From a virus: DNA of 64,000 nucleotides. The stretch covers positions 18,711-82,710 of IMG/VR virus record IMGVR_UViG_3300024261_000015. One strand, given 5' to 3'. The position numbers and the translations under genes were made by a program. The notes beneath the pieces are model-generated. The model was not told the origin of the DNA. It was given only the letters and a program-made list of their open reading frames with translations, and ran no database searches. Positions 56,300-64,000 of this stretch are shown piece after piece. The first letter of the stretch is position 1. Each line of letters begins with the position of its first letter.

Positions 56300-56361
56300 A
56301 TATTACAAAATTTTTGTAAAAAAGGACAACTAAGGGTAGTATATACGGTTACCTAGGGCTA

Positions 56362-58134
56362 TTGTATAATATGAACACCACAACTACATTTTTTAATCGA
56401 GACCAAAGCATTGCTAAAGTTAACATGGCAATGAATTATTTAAGCCGTCTCGTGAGAGAAAACATGACTATTTTTGATTATGATTCTCATACAGGAAAAA
56501 CATCTTTCCTTACTAATTCTGATAAATTAGTTAATTGCGTTGTTGTCACAGAAGGCAGCAACGTTTCTTTAAAAGATGTCGAAGTTGCCGAGGCTAGTGA
56601 CTTATTCTCAAACAAAAAGATTGACGAGGGAGTTGATGGGTTTGTAACTAAGTTTATTGACAGTCTCAAGGTTGGCGAGTATGGGGGAGCCGAAGAGGGC
56701 TTCTCTGACCTTCTAGGCGCTTTTGAGGACCGTTCAAAGGTTAATGAAGCTCGCGCAAAATTAGAACGCCGCCGTGGACATTTCACGGAATCACAAGATA
56801 TCCTAAGTACTCCCGAGTATATTAAATTGGGAGAGGTTAAAGAGCATCTGGTTGAGTTTTTACGGGCTAACAAGGTATCTCTGCTGGAGTACGAAGATGT
56901 TATTAACTCCGTTAGGCTTACAAACGCTCTAGCCACAGCATTTAATTCCCAGCGTAAGAGTTGGAGCGAAGTTGTCCAGGAAGGGCAGATGGTTGTACCT
57001 TACGATTCGAAGAAAACTGTGTACGAAATGATTTGCACTCAGGAGCTAATTAGAAGCGAGCTTACCGAATCTAAAGAGAACTTCGCGAGGTCTTGGGTTA
57101 AAAACCCTAAAATTTCTAAATTAGCTTCATGCATTTATAATACTGATGCTCATGTTTCCACAGCTCTAGAGGAGGCTATCGGCGGTGTTCCGTATCTGGC
57201 TCTTGCGAGTAAGGCAGACATTAAGGAAGTATTCGCTTCGATTTATGAGTCTTCTGACGTTGCCAATATTTCCCAAAAAGATATCCGTGAGTACGTTGCA
57301 CGGATTTTTGAATTTAAGAAGCCTCTCAAATCTAAGATAATCAAAGAACTTAATGAGTCTTACGGTATTAACGTTCAAAATCTTAAGTTTGTCCCCTCTT
57401 TCGCAAACCTTTCAAAGGCTCAGTCAGTAATGTTTGAAGCGCTTTCTAAGATTGGAGGAAAGGAGACTGTAGTTAAAGACGTCCTGTTTGATATGTCCAA
57501 AGCTCTACGCAAAAAGAACGGGATTGAAACCTTAGATTTAAACGATTTTGTTACTGAGGTCTTTACCGAAGCAGGAATCTTTACTGAATCTGAGTTCTAC
57601 CGTGACATGGACCTTGATTCCGTCGTTGAAGCGGTTTTATCCGATAAGAAAGATAAGAAAGAAGACAAGCCCGAAGAGAAGGGCAAGAAAGGAGACAAGC
57701 CTGGAACGAAAGACTTTGAAAAGGTTGACGCCGAAGAAGAAGAGGAGGGGGAGGAGCCCTTAGAGAAAGGCAAGAAAGGCAAGAAAGGTAAGAAGCCTGA
57801 AAAGGGTGGAGGTTTAGATGACGAGGATGCCGACGCAGCCGCAGACCAAACCGCATACGATGAAGCTACCGAATACGCACAGCCTGAAGAAGACGAAGAG
57901 CTTAGGTCTGGTTTAGACGATAGCGGAATGACCGAACTAATGTCGGAACTCGACGAACTCTTTAAGGAGATTGATTGGAGTGCTATCGCTGAGGATGAAG
58001 AAGAAGAAGGCGACGAGGAAGAAGGAGGTGAGGATATTGACGGTAACGATTACGGCGATGGAATGACCGAACGTACTCCTGACGAATCATCTGACGAAGA
58101 TGTGGGTACCCCTTCTGAAGACGAAGCACCTTAA
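56362..58134 (+). CDS. putative prohead core/scaffold-type protein with acidic C-terminus
   Basis: follows portal; long D/E-rich tail. Confidence 0.5.
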   Translation: MYNMNTTTTFFNRDQSIAKVNMAMNYLSRLVRENMTIFDYDSHTGKTSFLTNSDKLVNCVVVTEGSNVSLKDVEVAEASDLFSNKKIDEGVDGFVTKFIDSLKVGEYGGAEEGFSDLLGAFEDRSKVNEARAKLERRRGHFTESQDILSTPEYIKLGEVKEHLVEFLRANKVSLLEYEDVINSVRLTNALATAFNSQRKSWSEVVQEGQMVVPYDSKKTVYEMICTQELIRSELTESKENFARSWVKNPKISKLASCIYNTDAHVSTALEEAIGGVPYLALASKADIKEVFASIYESSDVANISQKDIREYVARIFEFKKPLKSKIIKELNESYGINVQNLKFVPSFANLSKAQSVMFEALSKIGGKETVVKDVLFDMSKALRKKNGIETLDLNDFVTEVFTEAGIFTESEFYRDMDLDSVVEAVLSDKKDKKEDKPEEKGKKGDKPGTKDFEKVDAEEEEEGEEPLEKGKKGKKGKKPEKGGGLDDEDADAAADQTAYDEATEYAQPEEDEELRSGLDDSGMTELMSELDELFKEIDWSAIAEDEEEEGDEEEGGEDIDGNDYGDGMTERTPDESSDEDVGTPSEDEAP

Positions 58135-58361
58135 TCTTCCATGAAGCCTTGCTTCAACCACATAATATTATAAAACACAAACCTGTTTTGTAATCCTAGC
58201 AGTAAGCTAGTTATATTATACATTTCTTTGATAGACTCTTCTGATACTTTAGAAGAGTTTATCATTTTTTGTAGGGAGTCTACTGCGTACTTCAGGTCTT
58301 CCCTGTCTGCGGGTTGCATCTTACTAAGGGATTTAATAATGTCGTTTTTGTTTTTAATCAT
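58131..58361 (-). CDS. hypothetical protein
   Basis: ATGA-coupled to UvsW. Confidence 0.55.
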   Translation of the reverse strand: MIKNKNDIIKSLSKMQPADREDLKYAVDSLQKMINSSKVSEESIKEMYNITSLLLGLQNRFVFYNIMWLKQGFMED

Positions 58362-59692
58362 AATACTTTTATTTTAAGGGATTTGTATGCCCGTCTACGA
58401 GAAGCAGCGTGCTCTTTTAGATACGGCACCGTGTCATTGAAGTCGTAAATATTTACTTGAGTCTTAGACTCGTGAATTCTTAGAGCGCGGCCAAGAGCCT
58501 GAAGAGTGGCAATCTCCGATTTTAACCCGCGTGCGTTGATAAGGTGAGTTATCTCAGGTATATCTATACCCGTTTGAAGGATTTTAGTTCCTATTAGAAC
58601 TGAATGCTTAGCACTCTTAAACGTTTCGATAGTATTCTTTCGGGTAGTAATATCATCCTTCCCTTCTAAGGTAAGAGCTTCAGGAATCAGACCCCTAAGA
58701 ATTTCCAGGTGTTTAAGGTTTTTAACGAGGATAAGTATTTTACCTGCCTTAACGTTGGAGCATATTTTTTTAATCTTCCCATTCCTCGTAACGTTATTAA
58801 TAATATGGGAGTCGTAAATATCAACATAGGTTGAGTCTAGTAGCGAGTGGTCGGTGTATTCTGGGAGATTCACGAAGGTTACTACGGGAGGAGTTAAAAA
58901 CCCATCCTCTACTAAATCTTGAACGTCTACGTCTGAAATAACACCCCCTAAACATGAAACTAAGTTTAGTTTAGCCATTTTATCTCGGGGCATTGTAGCA
59001 GACATGCCGAACCTGTAATTTGCATTAGGAAAGGATTTAATAACCTTTGTAGTTAGTTTTCCTTTTGAAAATTCATGGACCTCGTCAAATACAATAAACT
59101 CAGAAGAGTCTAAGTGAGAGTCTAATACCTTATGGACAGACTGTACGGTGCATAAGGTTACGGGTTTAATATCCGTCCCATCACCGTAAACCCTACCGAC
59201 ATCAAACCCGTACTTGGTTAGGAACTCGTAGGTTTGCTCTAACAAGGATTTCTGAGTAAAAAAGATTAAACCTCGTTTCCCTTCTAACGCTTTTAGGATA
59301 CCAGCTAGTACGATAGTTTTACCAGCGCCTGTAGGAGCTTCAATTAGCGCTATACCTGCCTTCAGGGATTGCAATATTAACTTTTCCTGGTATTCACGAT
59401 ACTCAATACCTTCTACTTCGATATCAAAGTTACTCATAAGAGGGTCCCGTTCATCTACAAGGGAATACTTAAGCTCAGCTAACTCTAAATCGTTCTCGAT
59501 AAAAGGGAGAAGACCTGTGCCAAATTGGCCTTTTTCTGTAATAAAATATTTGGAGCCATCCCAACCATGCTTGTAAGCTTTACTGTACCTTGCGCCTGGA
59601 ATTTTCGCACTGTACTTCTTACGCAGTATTGTTATGAGCTCTTTATTCTCCGTTTTTAGGAAAGAAGTTACATTTTTTACAATAATTTTCAT
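58358..59692 (-). CDS. uvsW: UvsW-like SF2 helicase
   Basis: REYQ; PTGAGKT; DEVH; SAT; TGIDIP; QALGRALR. Confidence 0.9.
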   Translation of the reverse strand: MKIIVKNVTSFLKTENKELITILRKKYSAKIPGARYSKAYKHGWDGSKYFITEKGQFGTGLLPFIENDLELAELKYSLVDERDPLMSNFDIEVEGIEYREYQEKLILQSLKAGIALIEAPTGAGKTIVLAGILKALEGKRGLIFFTQKSLLEQTYEFLTKYGFDVGRVYGDGTDIKPVTLCTVQSVHKVLDSHLDSSEFIVFDEVHEFSKGKLTTKVIKSFPNANYRFGMSATMPRDKMAKLNLVSCLGGVISDVDVQDLVEDGFLTPPVVTFVNLPEYTDHSLLDSTYVDIYDSHIINNVTRNGKIKKICSNVKAGKILILVKNLKHLEILRGLIPEALTLEGKDDITTRKNTIETFKSAKHSVLIGTKILQTGIDIPEITHLINARGLKSEIATLQALGRALRIHESKTQVNIYDFNDTVPYLKEHAASRRRAYKSLKIKVL

Positions 59693-59740
59693 TTATATTA
59701 CTATTATAGTTAAAAGTATCTTTTTTTTTGGAATAAATAT

Positions 59741-60604
59741 ATGAATCAAGACTCAATTGTTGACCTAGTAAAACAACACCAAGCAGGAAACCCAGGTGGT
59801 TCTCCACAGGAAGCCCCTAAGACCTCTCAGGAAGGCGCTGTAGACCACAAAGCTCAGATGATGTCCGAGAACATCCCTGTAGATAAGAACGTTGAGGCGG
59901 CGTTAGAGGCGCTCTTAGGGAAAGTGAAAAGCAAAATGGCGTGGAGCGAGATTGTTTTACCCTCTCAAGGTCTTTTGTACCCTGACGGTCAAAAAACGAT
60001 AAGGATTCGCCCCTTCACTTTCGAAGACGAGCGAATTCTAAAAAGCATGGACGGGATAAAGGACCCTGATGCGGTTATTGAGCGATTGCTCCGTAATGCA
60101 ACGGACGGGTTGGAGGTTGGAGAGCTAACCCCCCATGATAGGGTTTACGTTCTTTACCGCTTGAGAGGTATCTCTTATGGCGATGGGTATGAAGTAACGC
60201 ATGACTGCGATAAGTGCAGCATTACAAGCAAACTAGAGCTTTCCATTAAGAGCTTAACTACTACGAATCTTACGCGAGAGCATATGGTATTTACTTTACC
60301 TGACTCCGAGCAGGAATGCGAGGTGAAGTTGCCTAGGATGCAAGACGAGCATCTTTACAACAATAACTCTAACCTTATGAACAACATGCACATGTTTGTG
60401 TACCGCGTAGGTAATATCACCGACAAGACAATTATCGAGGCGTTTATCCATAAGACTACTGTGCGTGATATCGACACTCTACGAAATAGAATCTTCGCTC
60501 CTGAGTATGGGATGGAAAACCATTTCTTTTATACATGTGCAGGGTGCAGCACGAAGAACAAGGTTGACATTCAGTTGAATGAGAATTTTTTTACAGCGAG
60601 CTGA
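59741..60604 (+). CDS. T4 gp26-like baseplate hub / tail assembly protein
   Basis: LPSQG..Y; IRPFT.EDE.IL; LRGISYG; two CxxC pairs; ends NFF. Confidence 0.8.
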   Translation: MNQDSIVDLVKQHQAGNPGGSPQEAPKTSQEGAVDHKAQMMSENIPVDKNVEAALEALLGKVKSKMAWSEIVLPSQGLLYPDGQKTIRIRPFTFEDERILKSMDGIKDPDAVIERLLRNATDGLEVGELTPHDRVYVLYRLRGISYGDGYEVTHDCDKCSITSKLELSIKSLTTTNLTREHMVFTLPDSEQECEVKLPRMQDEHLYNNNSNLMNNMHMFVYRVGNITDKTIIEAFIHKTTVRDIDTLRNRIFAPEYGMENHFFYTCAGCSTKNKVDIQLNENFFTAS

Positions 60605-60786
60605 AGGAGGGCTGGAAAGATGATGGGCTAGAACGACAAGCCTATTTCCTCGTGAAGCACATAAATTTAAGTCTTTCTGACGTATACAAACTAACTTTAC
60701 TAGAACGAAGCACGTATATAAAGCTGTTAAAGGAAGAGCGCTCCCAACAAAATGAAGAGTTGGAACAAGCTCAGAGAAAACACTAG
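60583..60786 (+). CDS. gp51-like ORF in the -1 frame, probably reached by frameshift
   Basis: AYFLVKHINLSLSDVYKLTLLERSTYIKLL; no ATG; T7 run at 60586-60592. Confidence 0.65.
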   Translation, partial: EFFYSELKEGWKDDGLERQAYFLVKHINLSLSDVYKLTLLERSTYIKLLKEERSQQNEELEQAQRKH

Positions 60787-60794
60787 ATACTTTT

Positions 60795-61730
60795 ATGGCA
60801 AGCTTCAATAACTTCTCCGTCGTTAAACGGTGGAATAGGCCGAGCGTTCTCATGAAGACGCTCCTAGAGACCTTCTTTACGAATAACGGTACTTACTTTA
60901 AACCTTACAGCGTAAGTACTGTTTATATCCTCCCAGATACCTCCCTAACTAACGGAAGTCCTGATATTTATATTAACCGTCAGGTTAGTGATATGGGGAC
61001 TTCGGCGTATGGCCTTTTAAACGCGTCTAGCTTATCCTCCGTCCAAGCTACATTTGGAGGAGATATAAGTCTTATAGACCTTAACCCCTCCGCTTACCAG
61101 GGCGCGGGAACGGATAGCGCGAGCGGGATTTATAGCGGAAGCACTTCCGCCGACCCTGGGCACTTCCAGGTAGTTCTGGACGGGTCACGGAGCTTCTTGG
61201 AATTCTCCGCTGTAGGTAAATATTTCGATGTTTGGCTTGTTAAGGACTTCGAAGACGCGTTTGATGCTTCATCGGGATGGCAGTTGTATTGGAATAAATT
61301 CGAAGTCTTTAGTGACCGAATTGTAACATTTACAGAGCCTTACCAAGTCACTACTAAAAATAAGCTATCTCAAAAATACATTCAGCTAAGCTCAATCCCA
61401 ACACTTCGAATTACTACGGACGTATTCTTGGCTAACAGGAATATGTCTAGGGACTTAAAGGATATCTGGAGGGAGCAGGTAATTGATGACGCAGAGATTA
61501 GAATTATGCGGAGGAACCCTAGAACCTCAGGATTGATTACTAAAATCGTCCCTGGTCCTGGGCCTAACCAGGGGGACTGGTCTAGGGAAACTAATGTAAG
61601 CTCGGAGAACACCATCACCTTTACCTGGGATACGACCCAGTTAGAGGCAGGAGATTACTTCGTTCAGTGCAAATATACTCTCCTAGAGCAGACATTTGTA
61701 AGCGAAGAGTTCAGTCTAGTGCTTCGGTAA
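60795..61730 (+). CDS. hypothetical beta-rich protein, probably virion
   Basis: CTAGATA motif upstream; Ig-like C-terminus FTWDT..LEAGDYFV. Confidence 0.6.
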   Translation: MASFNNFSVVKRWNRPSVLMKTLLETFFTNNGTYFKPYSVSTVYILPDTSLTNGSPDIYINRQVSDMGTSAYGLLNASSLSSVQATFGGDISLIDLNPSAYQGAGTDSASGIYSGSTSADPGHFQVVLDGSRSFLEFSAVGKYFDVWLVKDFEDAFDASSGWQLYWNKFEVFSDRIVTFTEPYQVTTKNKLSQKYIQLSSIPTLRITTDVFLANRNMSRDLKDIWREQVIDDAEIRIMRRNPRTSGLITKIVPGPGPNQGDWSRETNVSSENTITFTWDTTQLEAGDYFVQCKYTLLEQTFVSEEFSLVLR

Positions 61731-62694
61731 CCTCATAAGAGAAGTCTACCGCTTGTAGCCCGTTAGTGATACAGGATTTGAACTCGACAGATTTAGTACA
61801 CCTAACGTGTAGTTCGTTCCAATCCTTTATACCTTCAGGAAGCTTCGCTACCATGAAGTGATTTTTATTTTTCGTAAGCATCATGTTACGCGCCTGAACT
61901 ACACCCTCACGACCAGCTTCGTCGTTATCGTAGGCAAACACAATTTGCTTATCTTTTAATTTCTCTGCCTGAGATACTGAAAGGTTACTCCCTTGAGTGC
62001 AAGTGGCGTTAAGCCCGTTCAACTGTAGGCTAATAGCATCTAAAGGGCCTTCAGTCATAAAGATATAATCCGCATCCTCCTTATAAGGGAATAGGATATC
62101 TGAAGACTTAACTCCTGTTACTTCACGCGAGGGGTTTAGATACTTAGTACCTAGAACGCTTAGGTTACGCGCCTGGAAATAGAAGGGTTCGCTGTCACCG
62201 TAAGCATAGGGTATAATAAGCCTGTTGCTGTACCTTCCATTCTTAGCGATATAAAAATCAAACTTATGTAATTTCCTAGAAAGTATGAACTTCCTAGCTA
62301 ATCTATCAGTCATACTGGTAGGGTCTGAGTGATTCAAGTCAAACTTAGAAAAAGAAGAGAATATTTCAGATACTGCGTTATGCTTAGCAGGCTTTTGTAA
62401 CTCTACGCGAATCGAGGAGATATCAAACAGGTGCTCGGGGGAGTCAAACAGCTTAGAACGTAGAAACTTAAGGGCCGCTTCGTACGGAATACCTTCTATT
62501 GCAGATACAAGCTGAGGAAAGTTACCAGTTTCATGCGCCTTAAAGTCTTGCCACAGACCAGTCTCCATATTAACGGAAAGCTTCATCTTGTCATCATCCA
62601 TAAAGATGGAGTTAGCGGTGAATTCTTCGCCAAAAACTCTATTTACGCTGAATTTTGCGTATAAATACTCTTTAATAAGACTAGTAGGTAACAT
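61711..62694 (-). CDS. dnaG: DNA primase (DnaG-like)
   Basis: RLIIP; FQAR; KYLNP; TOPRIM EGPLDA; YDNDEAG; KDWNE. Confidence 0.92.
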   Translation of the reverse strand: MLPTSLIKEYLYAKFSVNRVFGEEFTANSIFMDDDKMKLSVNMETGLWQDFKAHETGNFPQLVSAIEGIPYEAALKFLRSKLFDSPEHLFDISSIRVELQKPAKHNAVSEIFSSFSKFDLNHSDPTSMTDRLARKFILSRKLHKFDFYIAKNGRYSNRLIIPYAYGDSEPFYFQARNLSVLGTKYLNPSREVTGVKSSDILFPYKEDADYIFMTEGPLDAISLQLNGLNATCTQGSNLSVSQAEKLKDKQIVFAYDNDEAGREGVVQARNMMLTKNKNHFMVAKLPEGIKDWNELHVRCTKSVEFKSCITNGLQAVDFSYEVTEALD

Positions 62695-62695
62695 T

Positions 62696-63499
62696 ATGTT
62701 TATTAAAGGCTTTTCCCCATCAAAATTGAACACTTTTGACGAATGTCAGAAGAAATTCCTATACAAGTACGTCCACTACCTCCCTGAGGAGTATAACGAG
62801 GGCTTATCGAAGGAAGCTTTACAGTATGGCTCATATATTCACAAGGTTCTTGAGGATGGAGTCGAAGCGGAGTCGATTGAGGAGCTTAAAGAGCACGCCC
62901 TTCGGCTTCGACCGAGGTATAAATTTACGGGAAGGTCAGACGACACTCTTAAATGCATTAAAAACTTCTTTAGGTTCAACAACAAGTTGACGGAAAGTGT
63001 TTCTACTGAAATGAAGTTTAAAATCGAGGTTCTCCCCGACCTTGAGGTTAACGGGATTATCGACCGCGTGGTAAAGGGGGAGACGGGGAAGTATCTTGTA
63101 ATAGACTACAAGACCTCAAAACGTGAGAAAACTAAGAGGGAACTTTACAACGACCCTCAACTCATGATTTACACCGCTGCAATCGCTCAGATGTACGAGT
63201 GTAAGATTTCAGATGTTACGGTAGCCCACTACTACCCCCTCACTGGGAACTTAGTATCTATACGATACCTGCCCTCCCATGTTGCAAGTTTCTTAAAGAA
63301 AGTTGACCAAAAAAAGTGGGCAATCCGAAAAAAGAAGGCTGAAGACTTCAAGCCTCGCCTTAACCAGTTCTGTGACTGGTGTGGTTACAAGCAGCTTTGT
63401 CCTAAATTCGGAGGGACTGATAAGATGCTGGAAGAAGCTAAAGCGGCTAAGAAAGCCACTAAGCAAAAGGTGAAGCTGGGCACTAAGCCTAAGACCTGA
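62696..63499 (+). CDS. RecB/Cas4-like PD-(D/E)XK exonuclease
   Basis: SPSKL..F..C; GSYIH; GIIDRV; IDYKT; QLMIY; CDWC....C. Confidence 0.88.
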   Translation: MFIKGFSPSKLNTFDECQKKFLYKYVHYLPEEYNEGLSKEALQYGSYIHKVLEDGVEAESIEELKEHALRLRPRYKFTGRSDDTLKCIKNFFRFNNKLTESVSTEMKFKIEVLPDLEVNGIIDRVVKGETGKYLVIDYKTSKREKTKRELYNDPQLMIYTAAIAQMYECKISDVTVAHYYPLTGNLVSIRYLPSHVASFLKKVDQKKWAIRKKKAEDFKPRLNQFCDWCGYKQLCPKFGGTDKMLEEAKAAKKATKQKVKLGTKPKT

Positions 63500-63513
63500 G
63501 GACATAAATCCTC

Positions 63514-63822
63514 CTAAGAAGTTTTCTTAGCTCTATCTCTATATATTAGAGGATAGTAAAGAGTTATATCTATACAAGATAGGAAGTCCTTAACTAAGGA
63601 TTCGTCATACTTGTGTTTCTTAGTGAACTGAGACATTAACCCTGAAAGCTTTATAGCCTTCTGTGTCTGAAAGGATTTAATTATACATTCCTGGAAGATT
63701 GTTATGAAGCTTTCAGAGAATCTATGTCTCCAGCGTTCTTTGAACTCTAAGGATAAGGCATAGTTTACTTGTTCTAGGAATTCTGAGAGTTCAGTTTTAT
63801 CATCTAAGTTTTGTTCTAGCAT
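63514..63822 (-). CDS. hypothetical protein
   Basis: 102-aa ORF. Confidence 0.55.
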   Translation of the reverse strand: MLEQNLDDKTELSEFLEQVNYALSLEFKERWRHRFSESFITIFQECIIKSFQTQKAIKLSGLMSQFTKKHKYDESLVKDFLSCIDITLYYPLIYRDRAKKTS

Positions 63823-63871
63823 TTTTCAATTATATATAATATATAAGATTAAAGTCGAGCGCGTGTCGATA

Positions 63872-64000
63872 ATGAAGAAAAAAATCCAAGCAAGTTTAAC
63901 TTTCCGTAAGAATACCCCTGGAAAGGCCATGGTGTCTGTAAAGAATATGGCACGGTATAAGGGCCAGCTATACACTTTCCAGTACACTAGCTGGGGTCCA
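63872..64000 (+). CDS. partial ORF running off the window
   Basis: MKKKIQASLTFRKN...GQLYTFQY, open to the window end. Confidence 0.5.
   Translation, partial: MKKKIQASLTFRKNTPGKAMVSVKNMARYKGQLYTFQYTSWGP

Noticed and set aside
1585-57856. Numerous short ORFs antisense to or nested in long genes
   Set aside because: Shadow frames of well-supported genes with no motifs.
62696-63499. Cas4 as evidence of a CRISPR system
   Set aside because: Stand-alone RecB/Cas4-like nucleases next to primase are ordinary phage replication genes.
1-64000. Alternative genetic code (stop-codon reassignment)
   Set aside because: Core genes are full length under the standard code and end in TAA, TAG and TGA; no suppressor tRNA seen.

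Overview
This is a 64-kb segment of a large tailed dsDNA phage with a T4-like core: portal, large terminase, UvsW, gp26/gp51, gp32 SSB, gp41-type helicase, UvsY, RecA and SbcCD. Its replicase is a family A DNA polymerase. Layout: replication/recombination genes (1-9 kb), a dense glycosyltransferase/methyltransferase cluster (9-17 kb), ClpA-like, MoxR/vWA and sigma-like genes (18-30 kb), a minus-strand array of small self-promoted genes (30.6-38.7 kb), auxiliary/metabolic genes (39-48.6 kb) and morphogenesis/replication genes (49-64 kb). The strongest candidate new system is the 31.3-38.7 kb array. There, roughly 1-kb modules are delimited by a recurring 29-bp 11-7-11 inverted-repeat site (cGTAAGTCGTT-N7-AAGGACTTACG), most with a GC hairpin, and each site precedes a sigma70 promoter, usually leaderless. 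The same array carries an 83-nt tmRNA-like RNA with only the tRNA-like domain and a ~250-nt multibranched candidate ncRNA. Other highlights are a polymerase split by a PD-(D/E)XK nuclease, apparent GATC avoidance, a mucin-like Thr-rich protein alongside many glycosyltransferases, and a probable -1 frameshift at gp26/gp51. All calls come from manual motif reading; no database searches were run.
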